Part shown: in pieces, positions 1 through 12,388 of the stretch
Position numbering within the stretch: position 1 is the stretch's first letter
Layout: each line of letters opens with the position of its first letter
Assembly (NCBI GenBank): GCA_964016885.1
Contig: OZ024758.1
Coordinates: 26,846,001 to 26,910,000 of the forward strand
Reading direction: 5' to 3'
DNA: 64,000 nucleotides
Source: Eledone cirrhosa
Taxonomy: Eukaryota
Notes under the pieces: generated by a model
What the model was told of the DNA's origin: nothing
The model's database searches: none
The model's input: the letters and a program-made list of their open reading frames with translations, nothing else
Position numbers and translations under genes: made by a program

Positions 1-287
1 AAAGTAGAAACAATTATTTGTATTTGCGGCATTAAGTTACGTCTCTTTACGTTCTGAATTCAAATCCCGCCGAAGTTAGCTTTGCCTTTCATCCTTACGA
101 GGTCGATAAAATCGACTCTCCCCAAATGATTGTCCTTGTGCCTAAATCAACACCCACCCTTTCCATTCTGAGTTCAAATCCCGCCGAGATTAACTTTGCC
201 TTTCATCCTTACGGGGTCGATAAAATAAAGTACCAGTAATACACTGGGTAATTGCTGGCCTTGTGCCAAAAGTAGAAACAATTATTA
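1..287 (+). mobile_element. Cluster of tRNA-derived SINE fragments (Nin/Deu-type core family)
   Basis: B-box GAGTTCAAATCC, core GCCTTTCATCCTTACGGGGTCGATAAAATAAAGTACCAG, tail GTAGAAACAATTATT; the same family recurs more than 20 times in the window. Confidence 0.85.
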
Positions 288-564
288 TACTAAATCTTAT
301 GAAATTCTCTTCAATGTCCAAGAGAATATAAAAAAAACAAACACCCTGGTGGGGGTGATGTAATGACAGCTCGGGTGATGGCTTGATAAAGTAATCTTAT
401 TCTGCAGTGTTTGTAGATGTGTTTGAGTGTTTGGTTGTGATTGTACATTTAGTTGTAGGGCCTGTGTGTGTTAGGGTTTACAGTGACAATAAACTGTGCT
501 TATTGAATGTCATGGTTATCTTCCATTTTAAGTTTGTTTCAGTGTGTAGGTGATCTATTTACAA

Positions 565-1075
565 TCCTTAGCTTGTCAACAATCCCACTACACCTCCTGT
601 GTACCTATATTTTATATTGTGTAAAATATAGAGAGTTTTTACATACTCCTTTTCTGCATACTGAGTATGGATTCTTCTCTGGTAGAAGTAGAGTTTTGTC
701 TTCTTTCCTACTTACTAAAATTTTGGATTTTGCCAAGTTTGCTCTGAGCGCTTTTGATTCTAATTTCTGTTTCCGCAACTAACAAATCTTTTCTAGCTCA
801 TCCATGGATTTAGCTGGAAGAATTATGTCGTTAGCATACAGGAGTTCCCAAGGATAGCCGGTCTTAAATTCTTATGTTATAAACACGAGGGGACAGATTT
901 CAATGCCTCTCGTACTTTACTGACAGTACCTCTGTACATGGCTCATACTGCTATCACAAGCCACTCAGCTACACCCTTAGGGACTACAAATTTGCTGGAA
1001 GCACTATAATGTTGACTAAGGTCTATTGTTACAAATGAGGAAATCCTGGTATTTTGGAGCTCCTGCAGTTTCCCA
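565..1075 (-). mobile_element. Decayed RTE-clade LINE reverse-transcriptase fragment
   Basis: Minus-strand translation of 871->565: EFKTGYPWELLYANDIILPAKSMDELEKIC*LRKQKLESKALRANLAKSKILVS...SVCRKGVCKNSLY...VHRRCSGI. It has a YADD-like motif, a GL-x-N-x-K thumb motif and a Cys-rich segment. Upstream reads GVAEWLVIAV*AMYRG. In-frame stops and deletions present. Confidence 0.8.
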
Positions 1076-1400
1076 TTCTTTACAAATATGCTCCGATTCT
1101 CGTTAGGATATTGAGCTCTTTGGTAGCGCTTCTTTAAACATTACATTTCAAATAATCAAGTCTACCAATTGCATAATGAATTTCAAGTGGTTGTTGACAT
1201 AAAGCGTCTGTAACAATATGTGCAGTCCTGACCCCGTTAGTCAGCTGTCTTTATGGTGTAACTTGGGCTGCTTTAACCTCATTAGGATCTGAGTCATGGC
1301 TATATTTACTCTCAGAAAGTTGCTTCACTTCCAAATCTGTGTGAGAACAACCTTTGCCAAAAAACAAGTGAATTCATTTGACAACATCCCTTTTGTATTT

Positions 1401-2598
1401 GTGTACTGTTGGGTAGTTTGGTGTCTTGGTGTACTTTTATGTAGTTTGGTGCACTGTTGGATGGTTTGGTGTACTGTTGGATGGTTTGGTGTACTGTTAG
1501 ATGGTTTGGTGCACTGTTGGATGGTTTAGTGTATTGTTGGATGGTTTGGTGTACTGTTAGATGGTTTGGTGTACTGTTGGATGGTTTAGTGTACTGTTGG
1601 ATGGTTTGGTGTATTGTTGGATGGTTTGGTGTACTGTTGTGTGGTTTGGTGTACTGTTGGATGGTTTGATGTACTGTTGGATGGTTTGGTGTACTGTTGG
1701 ATGGTTTGGTGTACTGTTAGATGGTTTGGTGTACTGTTAGATGGTTTGGTGTACTGTTGGATGGTTTGGTGTATTGTTGGATGGTTTGGTGTACTGTTAG
1801 ATGGTTTGGTGTACTGTTGGATGGTTTAGTGTACTGTTGGATGGTTTGGTGTACTGTTGTGTGGTTTGGTGTACTGTTGGATGGTTTGGTGTACTGTTGT
1901 GTGGTTTGGTGTACTGTTGGATGGTTTGGTGTACTGTTGGATGGTTTGGTGCACTGTTGGATGGTTTGATGCACTGTTGGATGGTTTGGTGCACTGTTGG
2001 ATGGTTTGGTGCACTGTTGGATGGTTTGGTGTACTGTTGGATGGTTTGGTGTACTGTTGGGTAGTTTGGTGTCTTGGTGTACTTTTAGGTGGTTTGGTGC
2101 ACTCTTAGATGGTTTGGTGCACTGTTGGATGGTTTGGTGTATTGTTGTGTGGTTTGGTCTACTGTTGGCTGGTTTGGTCTACTGTTAGCTGGTTTGGTGT
2201 ATTGTTGTGTGGTTTGGTGTATTGTTGTGTGGTTTGGTGTACTGTTGGATGGTTTGGTACACTGTTGGATGGTTTGGTCTACTGTTGGATGGTTTGGTCT
2301 ACTGTTGAGTGGTTTGGTGTATTGTGTGGTTTGGTCTACTGTTGGCTGGTTTGGTGTATTGTTGTGTGGTTTGGTCTACTGTTGGATGGTTTGGTCTACT
2401 GTTGAGTGGTTTGGTCTACTGTTGAGTGGTTTGGTGTACTGTTGGCTGGTTTGGTGTATTGTTGTGTGGTTTGGTCTACTCTTGGCTGGTTTGGTGTATT
2501 GTTGTGTGGTTTGGTCTACTGTTGGCTGGTTTGGTGTATTGTTGTGTGGTTTGGTCTACTGTTGGGTGGTTTGATCTACTGTTGAGTGGTTTGGTGTA
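1401..2598. repeat. 20-bp minisatellite (GGTGTACTGTTGGATGGTTT)n, ~58 units, two sub-domains
   Basis: Direct 20-bp periodicity; variant units (GGTCTACT, TTGTGT) dominate after ~2110. Confidence 0.95.
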
Positions 2599-3075
2599 CA
2601 AAACTAACCCCGGCGGTATTTGAACTCAGAACATAAAGCTAATAATAATATACACGTATGGTATATATATACTTACCCCCACCCCATAACTGTAACTATT
2701 GGCGACGAGTTGACAGAGTCGTTAGAACATCAACTAGAATACTTTGAAATATTCGTTCCAGCTCATTGCACACTGCTGAGATCCCGCTGAGGTTATCTTT
2801 GCTTTTGATCTTTTCGAGGTCAATAAAAGAAATATCAGCCAAGTACTGAGATCGATTCTTCATATATGTCTTCTTTCTTACTTTCAGAAAATTATTTGGG
2901 GGTGAGAATTTGGCAAGTCATGTGATTACGTAGAAGCCACATACACAGACACACACTAGTTTGTCATTGCAATAAAATGATTTGGTGTCGACAATTGGGA
3001 ATGTTTATAGATGATACGAGACAATTACCAACGAACTGTGGTACAATGTTGTTTCCTAGAGAAATTGACACACTT

Positions 3076-3384
3076 TGGCGGTGAATTAGCAGAGTCGTTA
3101 GAACGTCGGCTGGAATACTTTATGGTATTCGTTCCGGCACTCAACTTTGTCTTTCATCCTTTCGAGGTCGATAAAATAAGTACCAGTCTAGTACTGGAGT
3201 CGATTCTTCCTCTATATATATTTCCCCATTTCCTCTCTCTTTCTCTTTCTTCTCCGGAAGAAATCTGCTATATTCAAGCCTGGAGAAGGATGGGCTCCGC
3301 CAGGCTTAAAATGCCCAAGAAACGCCGTATGTCAAATATGCCGCCCCTACGACTCTTCAGGAGTTACGGGACCATACATACATA
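3076..3384 (+). mobile_element. SINE subfamily with the same head/core but a different 3' tail ending (CATA)n
   Basis: GGCGGTGAATTAGCAGAGTCGTTAG head, Nin-type core, then tail GAAATCTGC...CCTGGAGAAGGATGGGCTCCGCCAGG...CCTACGACTC...GACCATACATAC, also present at 50815-51388. Confidence 0.75.
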
Positions 3385-5016
3385 GTAACTTTACTTAAAA
3401 TGTCGCTTTGTGAATTCACTTTAAAAATGCGTCACCGTTATCTGAAATAGCTGATTCTCCCATTCAGAAATATCGCCAGTAAATGCAGTGCCTTTTGCAA
3501 CTTTACATAAAATGTTTCTACTTTAGGCACCAGGCCAGCAATTACCCAGTACATTACTGGTACTTTATTTTATCGACCCCGTAAGGATGAAAGGCAAAGT
3601 CAACCTCGGCGGGATTTGAACTCAGATCGTAAAGGGACATATAATACCTCCAAGAAAGGGCTGTTATATTAAATAGACTTTGATCGCATTTCTTTTATAA
3701 TTCCGTTTGTTTTTCTTCCATGAATTTAGTTTCTTCCTAATGTTGTTTGTCGTGCGTCTTTCTCTCTCCCAACCCAAACTCTTTTCTTGTTTTATTTTCT
3801 TTCTTTTGTGTTTATTTTCAAGGATTTGCGGTTAATATACACTAAGGTTTCCTTCTATTTCATCTGTCTTCTTTCTTTTTGTCTTCCCTTTCCTCCTTGT
3901 AAAAAGAAAAATGCCGGCTTATTAATTTAGCCTAAAGTGGGTACTCCCTTCTAGAATTTCAAAGCGAATTCTCCGCTTCCATTCTTCCCTTGATGAGGCA
4001 AAACAACTAGAAATTAAAACTGGGGCAATCGAGTGTAGCCTGGAAATTGCATTATTTCTCTTCTCTTTCTCCTTCCATTTTGAATTTTTTTTTTTTTTTT
4101 TTTTAACCACATATTCCTCTCTCATTTGTCTATATCTTCTCCTCTTCGCCTCCACTCTCCTCCCCCCCCCCCCTTCATCTCCACCCCCTCCTCACCAACT
4201 GACAATGCTTCTATTAGCCATTTATTTCTATCTCATTCTCAAACTCAACGGTTTTTTTTCTTCAGTCTAAAAATTTGACTATTTTTATTTTTTCAAATAT
4301 ATTTTTTTATTCATTCAATCTCTTTTATCTTTGTTAATCTTCATTTTTTTTTTCCTTCTTTTCCTCTCTTGGTTTTCGTGTCGTTTTACACTTTGGAGAC
4401 AATAGACACTCCCACGATAACGCCAGTTATACACATGCCCACACTACTTTCCCGCCACATCCAGTTATGTTATTCAAAAAACATTGAAATGCTGTAACAG
4501 CACTGTGGTATCTGAGATTTATTTCCATTTCCAGCGTCTCTTTATATTATTGGATGTCACTTCCTTTCTCTATATTTACCCCCCCCCCCCCACCTTTTTT
4601 TTATCATTTTCCTCTTCTGTAACACTTTCAACAGCCCCAGCCCACACACTTTCCTCCCTTAGCGCGGCGGCCATTAGGTAATATATACTGTTGATAGGTG
4701 GCTATGATGAAGAAAGTCGATAACGATTGCTTGGGTTGTCAGCTGGTATATGAACAACACAACAGTCTCGCTCTCACTCTTACTCTCGCATGGAAAAGAA
4801 AGTATAAAATATGATTTATAGAGACAAACTTCAGTGGAATCGCTTCATTACTTATGGTACAATTTTTTTCACTTGAAGTGCAAATCTTGTAGCAACAACA
4901 AGCAACATGAACAAACTATAACTGACAACAATTCTTTTCACACTCTAAAGAATTGACCAGAGGATAACAATAGAAGCCTCCAAAATCTTCCTTATGACTT
5001 GTGATAACCTTAAATA

Positions 5017-5700
5017 GTTGTTTCTGCTTTTGGCACAAGGCCAGCAATTACCTCAGAGCATTACTGGTACTTTATTTTATCGACCCCGTAAGGATGAAAG
5101 GCAAAGTTAATCTCGGCGGGATTTGAACTCAGGCCATAAAGGGGCCGTAAACTCTTTGCTGCAAAGCATGGCGTCCGACCCTCTACCAATACTGCCAATC
5201 CATAAATAGTGATCATCAAACATTCTTTGAGGTATTTTCAATATTGATGGGAGGCAGTTGACCATTGCCGAATTTACCATTGTGCTTAAGCACAGGGCCC
5301 CGTTAGTAACTTGTGGTATTGGTAACTGGTGGTATACTTCTTTTGTAGTACTATTTGGCTTATTGTTTCAATACATTCTCGTTCCTTTAGATTCCATAGC
5401 TGTTTTGAAGAAATTCAGAACCACAAACATTCTCTATAATTAATAAGTTAGTTTGATTATTATTGATATATTTTAGAAGATAGGTCCAAATAATGGTTTC
5501 TGATTTAGGCACGAGGCCAGCAATTTGGGGAGACGGGGAAGTCGATTAAATCGACCTCAGTGCATTACTGGTAATTTATTTTATCGACCCCGTAAGGATG
5601 AAAGGCAAAGTTAACCTCGGCGGGATTTGAACTCAGATCATAAAGGGACGTAACTCTATGCTTCAAAGCATGACGCCCGACTCTCTACCGATACTGCGAA
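5017..5700 (-). mobile_element. Two Nin-type SINE copies (5017-5201, 5490-5700); a further partial copy at 3513-3638
   Basis: Reverse complement of the family consensus, including A-box and B-box. Confidence 0.85.
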
Positions 5701-5978
5701 CATTAATCATAGTTTTTTTTAATTTTAAATTTTGAAGTTTGTGTATTATTCTTGCCTTCTCTTCGTTACGGTGATTCTCAAATGAAAGACATTTGTCTCC
5801 CAGGGGGAGGAATTTTAGCCGGGGTCGGGGGAATTGAAGTGAAATTTAAACTGGGGAAGAATAGTGTACATTGTGTTTATATATTAAATGAAATACCAAT
5901 ATACCCAACTATAACGAGTTGATAGTTTACAGAAAAACTTAATGAAATAATTTCTTTTTCATAATTAACACTGTAAAA

Positions 5979-6353
5979 CAGACCTGTCAACTCTCTCCGT
6001 TCGACGAGTAGATCTCCCACCCACTTTCGGGTGGGTGAGAGATGTCTTCTCTTGTGAAAATGGGTATAGCTTTCATTATGTAAAAACCCGGTGGATTGGC
6101 AGTATCGTTAGAGAGTCGGACGCCATGCTTTCCAGCATAGTTACATCCCTTTGCGATCTGAGTTCAAATCCCACCGAGATTGACTTTGTCTTTCATCCTT
6201 ACGGGGTCGATAAAATAAAGTACCAGTAATGCACTGGGTAATTGCTGGCCTTGTGCCTAAAGTAGAAACAATTATGTAAAAAACCCCAGTTTGCCTCATT
6301 TCTCCCCGTTTTGGGGCATATTTTTCATGGGTTTTTAGATGTTGGCAGATCTG
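5979..6353. mobile_element. MITE with TIR CAGACCTGTCAAC / GTTGGCAGATCTG, interrupted by a SINE
   Basis: 13-bp imperfect TIRs with GTAAAA on both flanks; internal sequence matches, in reverse, the element at 49411-50372. Confidence 0.7.
6090..6270 (+). mobile_element. Nin-type SINE with ~15-bp target-site duplication
   Basis: ATTATGTAAAAACCC at 6075-6089 and ATTATGTAAAAAACCC at 6271-6286 flank a near full-length copy. Confidence 0.9.
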
Positions 6354-6495
6354 GTAAAAATGGGGAAGGAACTGATGATGAAGCCTTGGGTCGCACGGGG
6401 AAGTATGTGATTTGGGTCTCTGAGCGAGCAACAGGCGGCCCGCGGGCCACAATCTTGTAGGCTTATTTAGAATTTTTTTTGGTAACCGTAATACA

Positions 6496-7983
6496 ATTTT
6501 CTGAGTTGACCTATACTAAAGGGCTTCAGTGATAGGTTATGTGTGTTATCATTTCTCAGTTGACGTATATTAAAGGACTTCTCTGATAGGGTTATGTGTG
6601 TTATCATTTCTCAGTTGACCTATACTAAAGGACTTCTCTGATAGGGTTATGTGTGTTATAATGTCCCAGTTGACCTATACTAAAGGGCTTCAGTGATAGG
6701 TTATGTGTGTTATCATTTCCCAGTTGACCTATATTAAAGGACTTCTCTGATAGGGTTATGTGTGTTATAATGTCCCAGTTGACCTATACTAAAGGGCTTC
6801 ACTGATAGGGTTATGTGTGTTATAGTTTCCCAGTTGACCTATACTAAAGGGCTTCACTGATAGGTTATGTGTGTTATCATTTCCCAGTTGACCTATACTA
6901 AAGGGCTTCTCTGATAGGGTTATGTGTGTTATAATGTCCCAGTTGACCTATACTAAAGGGCTTCTCTGATAGGGTTATGTGTGTTATCATTTCCCAGTTG
7001 ACCTATACTAAAGGACTTCTCTGATAGGGTTATGTGTGTTATAATTTCCCAGTTGACCTATACTAAAGGGCTTCACTGATAGGGTTATGTGTGTTATCAT
7101 TTCCCAGTTGACCTATACTAAAGGGCTTCACTGATAGGTTATGTGTGTTATCATTTCCCAGTTGACCTATACTAAAGGGCTTCACTGATAGGGTTATGTG
7201 TGTTATCATTTCCCAGTTGACCTATACTAAAGGGCTTCACTGATAGGTTATGTGTGTTATCATTTCCCAGTTGACCTATACTAAAGGACTTCTCTGATAG
7301 GGTTATGTGTGTTATAATTTCCCAGTTGACCTATACTAAAGGACTTCTCTGATAGGGTTATGTGTGTTATAATTTCCCAGTTGACCTATACTAAAGGACT
7401 TCTCTGATAGGGTTATGTGTGTTATAATTTCCCAGTTGACCTATACTAAAGGACTTCACTGATAGGGTTATGTGTGTTATCATTTCCCAGTTGACCTATA
7501 CTAAAGGGCTTCACTGATAGGTTATGTGTGTTATCATTTCCCAGTTGACCTATACTAAAGGGCTTCACTGATAGGGTTATGTGTTATAATTTCCCAGTTG
7601 ACCTATACTAAAGGGCTTCTCTGATAGGGTTATGTGTGTTATAATGTCCCAGTTGACCTATACTAAAGGGCTTCTCTGATAGGTTATGTGTGTTATCATT
7701 TCCCAGTTGACCTATACTAAAGGGCTTCACTGGTAGGGTTATGTGTGTTATAATGTCCCAGTTGACCTATACTAAAGGGCTTCACTGATAGGGTTATGTG
7801 TGTTATAATTTCCCAGTTGACCTATACTAAAGGACTTCACTGATAGGGTTATGTGTGTTATAATTTCCCAGTTGACCTATACTAAAGGGCTTCACTGGTA
7901 GGGTTATGTGTGTTATAATGTCCCAGTTGACCTATACTAAAGGGCTTCACTGGTAGGGTTATGTGTGTTATCATTTCCCAGTT
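6496..7983. repeat. 54-55-bp minisatellite, ~27 units
   Basis: Unit TTCCCAGTTGACCTATACTAAAGGGCTTCACTGATAGG(G)TTATGTGTGTTATCAT; period measured 7101->7155. Confidence 0.95.
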
Positions 7984-8005
7984 CCATGTTATTTGTCTTT
8001 ATTAT

Positions 8006-8824
8006 GTGAATTGGCAGTATCGGTAGAGAGTCGGACGCCATGCTTTTGACGCATAGAGTTACGGCCCTTGCCATTCTGAGTTCAAATCCCGCCGAGGTTA
8101 ACTTTGCCTTTCATCCTTACGGGGTCGATAAAATAAAGTACCAGTAATACACTGGGTAATTGCTGGCCTTGTGCCAAAAGTAGAAACAATTATTTAAAAA
8201 TGTATTCACGACTCAATTCAATGGTTTTCATTAGATTACATATGTTTTACGGTGACTGGCTCTAATAGTTGTTCCAATGTTCAAAGGTGGCCCGCCAATG
8301 GAATATATTGCACACTCCTCCTACTTCGCCATTATCATTCTCTGTTGTGATATTCTCACGGGAACTTCTTATACCTGAACTTCCGGTGTTTCCACCCTTT
8401 TAATAATTGTTTCTACTTTTGGCACAAGGCCGGCAATTATCCCAGTGTATTACTGGTACTTTATTTTATCGACCCCCGTAAGGATGAAAGGCAAAGTTAA
8501 CCTCGGCGGGATTTGAACTCAGATCATAAAGGGAGGTAACACTATGCTTCAAAGCATGGCGTCTGGCCCTCTACCGACACTGCCAATCCACCACCCTTTT
8601 AATAATGGTTTCTGATTTACGCACCAAGCCAACATCTTCGGGGGGAAAGGGAGGGTCAATTAAATCGACCTCAGTGCATTACTGGTACTTCGTTTTATCG
8701 ACCCCGTGAGGATGAAAGGCAAATCTAACCTCGGCGGGATTTGCACTCAGTACGTAAAGGGCCGTAACTCTATGCCGCTTAACTTATTGTCTGACGCTCT
8801 ATCGGTTATACCAATCCACTGCCC
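8006..8824. mobile_element. Three Nin-type SINEs: 8006-8194 (+), 8401-8596 (-), 8601-8824 (-)
   Basis: Family consensus on both strands; the minus pair is bounded by TCCACCCTTTTAATAA repeats. Confidence 0.85.
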
Positions 8825-9139
8825 TCCACCCTTTTAATAACAACTAAATTTATATCTTCATAAATCTTATGAAAGAAGAAAGCGCTAAATTCAAATTATA
8901 ACAACGTCTTATTATATTTTTGACCCAAGTGATAAACAGTGTTTTATTACTTCTTCGGACAATTATACTTTATTTATATATTTCCACACTTCCATTAGCT
9001 TTCTAGATATTTGTGTCACTAACAACATCAATCTGTCCCCCTATGAATATTATAAGCCGACTCTTGTAAAGGATTTTGACTCAGAGATGGCCTAGATAAG
9101 ACCGTTCTAATATTCCAGCTTATACCAGGAGGCACACAT

Positions 9140-9450
9140 TTGAAACCATCTAGTTTAGGAACAGAAAAGGAAGTGGACAAGTCTCTCTACCTGAAGAGCA
9201 CACGTAACCGTTTTTGCTCCTTAGATGATGAAATATTTCTACGGCTTCAGAATATGATTAATTTCTTTAGGAGTCGTGTCTCATTCCAACATGGCATTAC
9301 ATGGTTAACAAAAATTACTGTATACCGTGCACAGGATTTGACTTCCCTTCTTGACTCGTGGGAAACACGAGCCCTTTACACATATCATGCAAAGATTCTT
9401 AGCGATTTTATCAGAGATTTTAAAGACATATTCTAAACCTCAGCTGGTCC
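9140..9450 (+). mobile_element. Decayed RTE (BovB-like) LINE, post-RT region
   Basis: EVDKSLYLKS...LDDEIFLRL...TKITVYRAQDLTSLLDSWETRALYTYHAKIL resembles the RTE motifs F-x-YLGS / DDEI-x-RI / TK-x-VYRA-x-L-x-LLYG-x-ETW. Confidence 0.7.
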
Positions 9451-10490
9451 TCTCGGGTTCTGGACAAAGACTGGAGGGGGAGAGCTGACATATTGAAGCA
9501 ATAGTACAGAAGCACTATTTACCTTAAATAAGATTATATATAGATAGATAGATCAATGATATATATATATATTAAAAAAGTGACCTAGCAGCCGAATGTA
9601 TGATAGAGTTATGTCTGTATACATACAAAGGGTCTAACCGAGACCACACTAATGTATATATAAATACACATATCTAATATGTAAGCATGTAAACATGCCA
9701 GAAAATATGAATTTCCCTGTAAATTAAAAAAATGTTGATAGGTGGTTGTGATGAAGATAACGAAAGTTGATAACGATTGCTTGGGTTGTCAGCTGGTATA
9801 TGAACAACACAACAGTCTCGCTCTCGCTCTTACTCTCGCATGGAAAAGAAAGTATAAAATATGATTTATAGAGACAAACTTCAGTGGAATCGTTTCATTA
9901 CTTATGGTACAATTTTTTTTCACTTGAAGTGCAAATCGATTTTCGGGCCTAATTGAGCCCTTATCAAAAAGCCTGTATATCATTGAAACAACCACAAGAA
10001 AACATTTATTTGATGGGTTTATGTACCCATTCGCTCCTGTGTTCTGAAATGGGCGTGCTATGCGTATAATTAGTGCTCGTATTGGTAAGTAATCAAGATA
10101 TATATTAAGAAGTGCGCTGTGTGTGAGTGTGTGGTGAAGATTGTATACACTAGAATGGAAAGGATAGAATCCAACATGAAAGAGAGACGTTGAAATGAGA
10201 AAGTGTCTGTGTTGTAAGATACATTAATCAATGTATGCAAGTGATTTTACAGAGAGACACGATGTTGATGGGTGTTCTTATGCTGAGTTGAAATATCTAG
10301 AATTACTGCTTCTTGTCACGATTTCTTCATTCCCTCTAAGGATTTAATATCCTATAATTAAAACAACCTTACAAGAGATAAATACAAGATAAATTGTTGG
10401 TTTACAGTAAGTGTGTTAATTATTTAAGTCATTTTTTTTCTTCCCTTTGGCCACTGTGCCTTATTTATTTAATATATATATATATATATA

Positions 10491-10933
10491 TACGATATTA
10501 AACAAATGGAAACTATATTTATAAAACCATATTTATTTCATTATACATATTTCGGGGATACCATATTAAAAATATGGCATGCCTTCGTCAGATAAAATAC
10601 AATATATAAACAGTTTTATAAATAATTTTGACGTACCATAAATATGAGCGACCATTATGTAGGAAGCTGGTTTCCTACATAATGGTCGCTCATATTTATG
10701 GTACGTCAAAATTATTTATAAAACTGTTTATATATTGTATTTTATCTGACGAAGGCATGCCATATTTTTAATATGGTATCCCCGAAATATGTATAATGAA
10801 ATAAATATGGTTTTATAAATATAGTTTCCATTTGTTTAATATCGTAATCTACTCCAAAAACTTGTCGAGTGCTTTATATCAGTTATAAAATATTTACTTG
10901 TTGTAACCCAACAATTTTAAATAAAACTTTTGC
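10491..10933 (+). mobile_element. Fold-back element family A (Penelope-like terminus): 175-bp perfect inverted repeat plus 87-nt tail, within (TA)n
   Basis: Arms 10491-10665 and 10672-10846 are exact reverse complements; (TA)n on both sides; second copy at 46025-46340. Confidence 0.8.
10738..10803 (+). ncRNA. Minimal type I hammerhead ribozyme (mirror copy on - strand, 10534-10599)
   Basis: Stem I TATTTTAT/ATGAAATA; CTGACGA 10746-10752; stem II ATGCCATATT/AATATGGTAT; GAAA 10784-10787; self-complementary stem III ATATGTAT; AUA cleavage triplet ending 10795. Confidence 0.7.
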
Positions 10934-11003
10934 ATATATATATATATATATATATATATAAAGATGGCGTCAGTATACAATGCAACGGGAGGGAACATAA
11001 AAG

Positions 11004-11046
11004 CACCACTGACGATGTTGCAGATGTGCAACGAAAGAACTTTGAT
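11004..11046 (+). ncRNA. Degenerate hammerhead-like motif
   Basis: CTGACGA-T-GTTGCA(GATG)TGCAAC-GAAA-GAAC-TT; perfect 6-bp stem II, weak stem I; host segment lies between (TA)n tracts. Confidence 0.45.
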
Positions 11047-11290
11047 AGACTATATATATGTTTGTGTCTATATTGTATCTGTATTTTTGACCGTTGGTCA
11101 GTCAATGGCAACATTGAGGACCGAATAAATAAAATTAAATTAACCGATATAAAAGACACAGAAGCGAAAACCAACCAAACAGTGAGTGTGTTTTGTTATT
11201 AATTCTGGCAATATTATTACACAAATATGACCCTCCACAAGTATAACAATATATATATATATATATAATAAATGTTCGGTAAACCCATGC

Positions 11291-11337
<47 letters not shown>

Positions 11338-11495
11338 CATGTATGTATGTATATACATTATAATAAATGTTCGGTAAACCCATACGTACATATATATATA
11401 TATATGTGTGTGTGTGTGCATGTATGTATATACATACTACTGTACGTCTGTATACATATTCAAGTATGAGTGAGAAATGAAATTTCATTTTTTCC

Positions 11496-11598
<103 letters not shown>

Positions 11599-11760
11599 GA
11601 ATAATGAAAATAAAGCAAAAGTAGAAGATAGGTTGTTAATTAGTTTTAAGATCGTTTCAGAAAGTTTAATTGATCATGGTTGATCGATATATCGACTAGC
11701 AAATAGTGGTTATGTCCCTACCTATTCCTAGTCTCGAAATCCCTCATCTATCGCACCTTC

Positions 11761-11866
<106 letters not shown>

Positions 11867-11960
11867 TCCATTTTCTTTTTTTTTTTCTTTTTAACTTCCC
11901 TTCTTAATCCCACCCTCCTTACTCCTCCTCAGAGTTTCTATCTGTTCTCCCTCTTTCCGA

Positions 11961-12000
11961 ACTATCTTGATGAAGGACTTCTGCCCGAAACGTCGAAACC
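11961..12000 (+). ncRNA. Degenerate hammerhead-like motif
   Basis: TTGATGA-AGG...CCC-GAAACGTC; C3->U change and no adjacent stem I partner. Confidence 0.3.
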
Positions 12001-12171
12001 TACTCCACTTCCACTAAGCGTGAACTTGATATAACTAGACAATTGCCTCCTTTGTTTGTTCATTTTCAACTATATCTATATATTATATATATATATATAT
12101 AAATCGAAGGAAAGCAAATAAAGAAAAAAAATTAAATTAAATTTAAAAAAATTCACTGTACTTAATATATG

Positions 12172-12254
12172 TACCTTTACTGCGGTTTCAAATCCCAAAC
12201 GAATAGATAATCCAGGCGGATTTTCATTGAGAAGGAGATTATCGTCAGAAGGCA
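12172..12254 (-). ncRNA. Minimal type I hammerhead ribozyme with long stem II, in a (TA)n-flanked element (~12101-12326)
   Basis: Minus strand reads TGCCTT-CTGACGA-T-AATCTC...GGGATT-T-GAAA-C-CGCA-G-TA-AAGGTA; stem I TGCCTT/AAGGTA, GUA triplet. Confidence 0.6.
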
Positions 12255-12323
12255 TTTCTCTCCCGGAGAATATAAAATTCCCGAGTTAAAAATTTCAAAC
12301 TGGCGCCATTCCAAACTGCCTCA

Positions 12324-12385
<62 letters not shown>

Positions 12386-12388
<3 letters not shown>

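Noticed and set aside
3318-3365. Minus-strand CTGAAGA plus stem (GTCGTA/TACGGC) as a hammerhead
   Set aside because: Followed by GTTTC rather than GAAA; not conserved in the 51.3-kb copy
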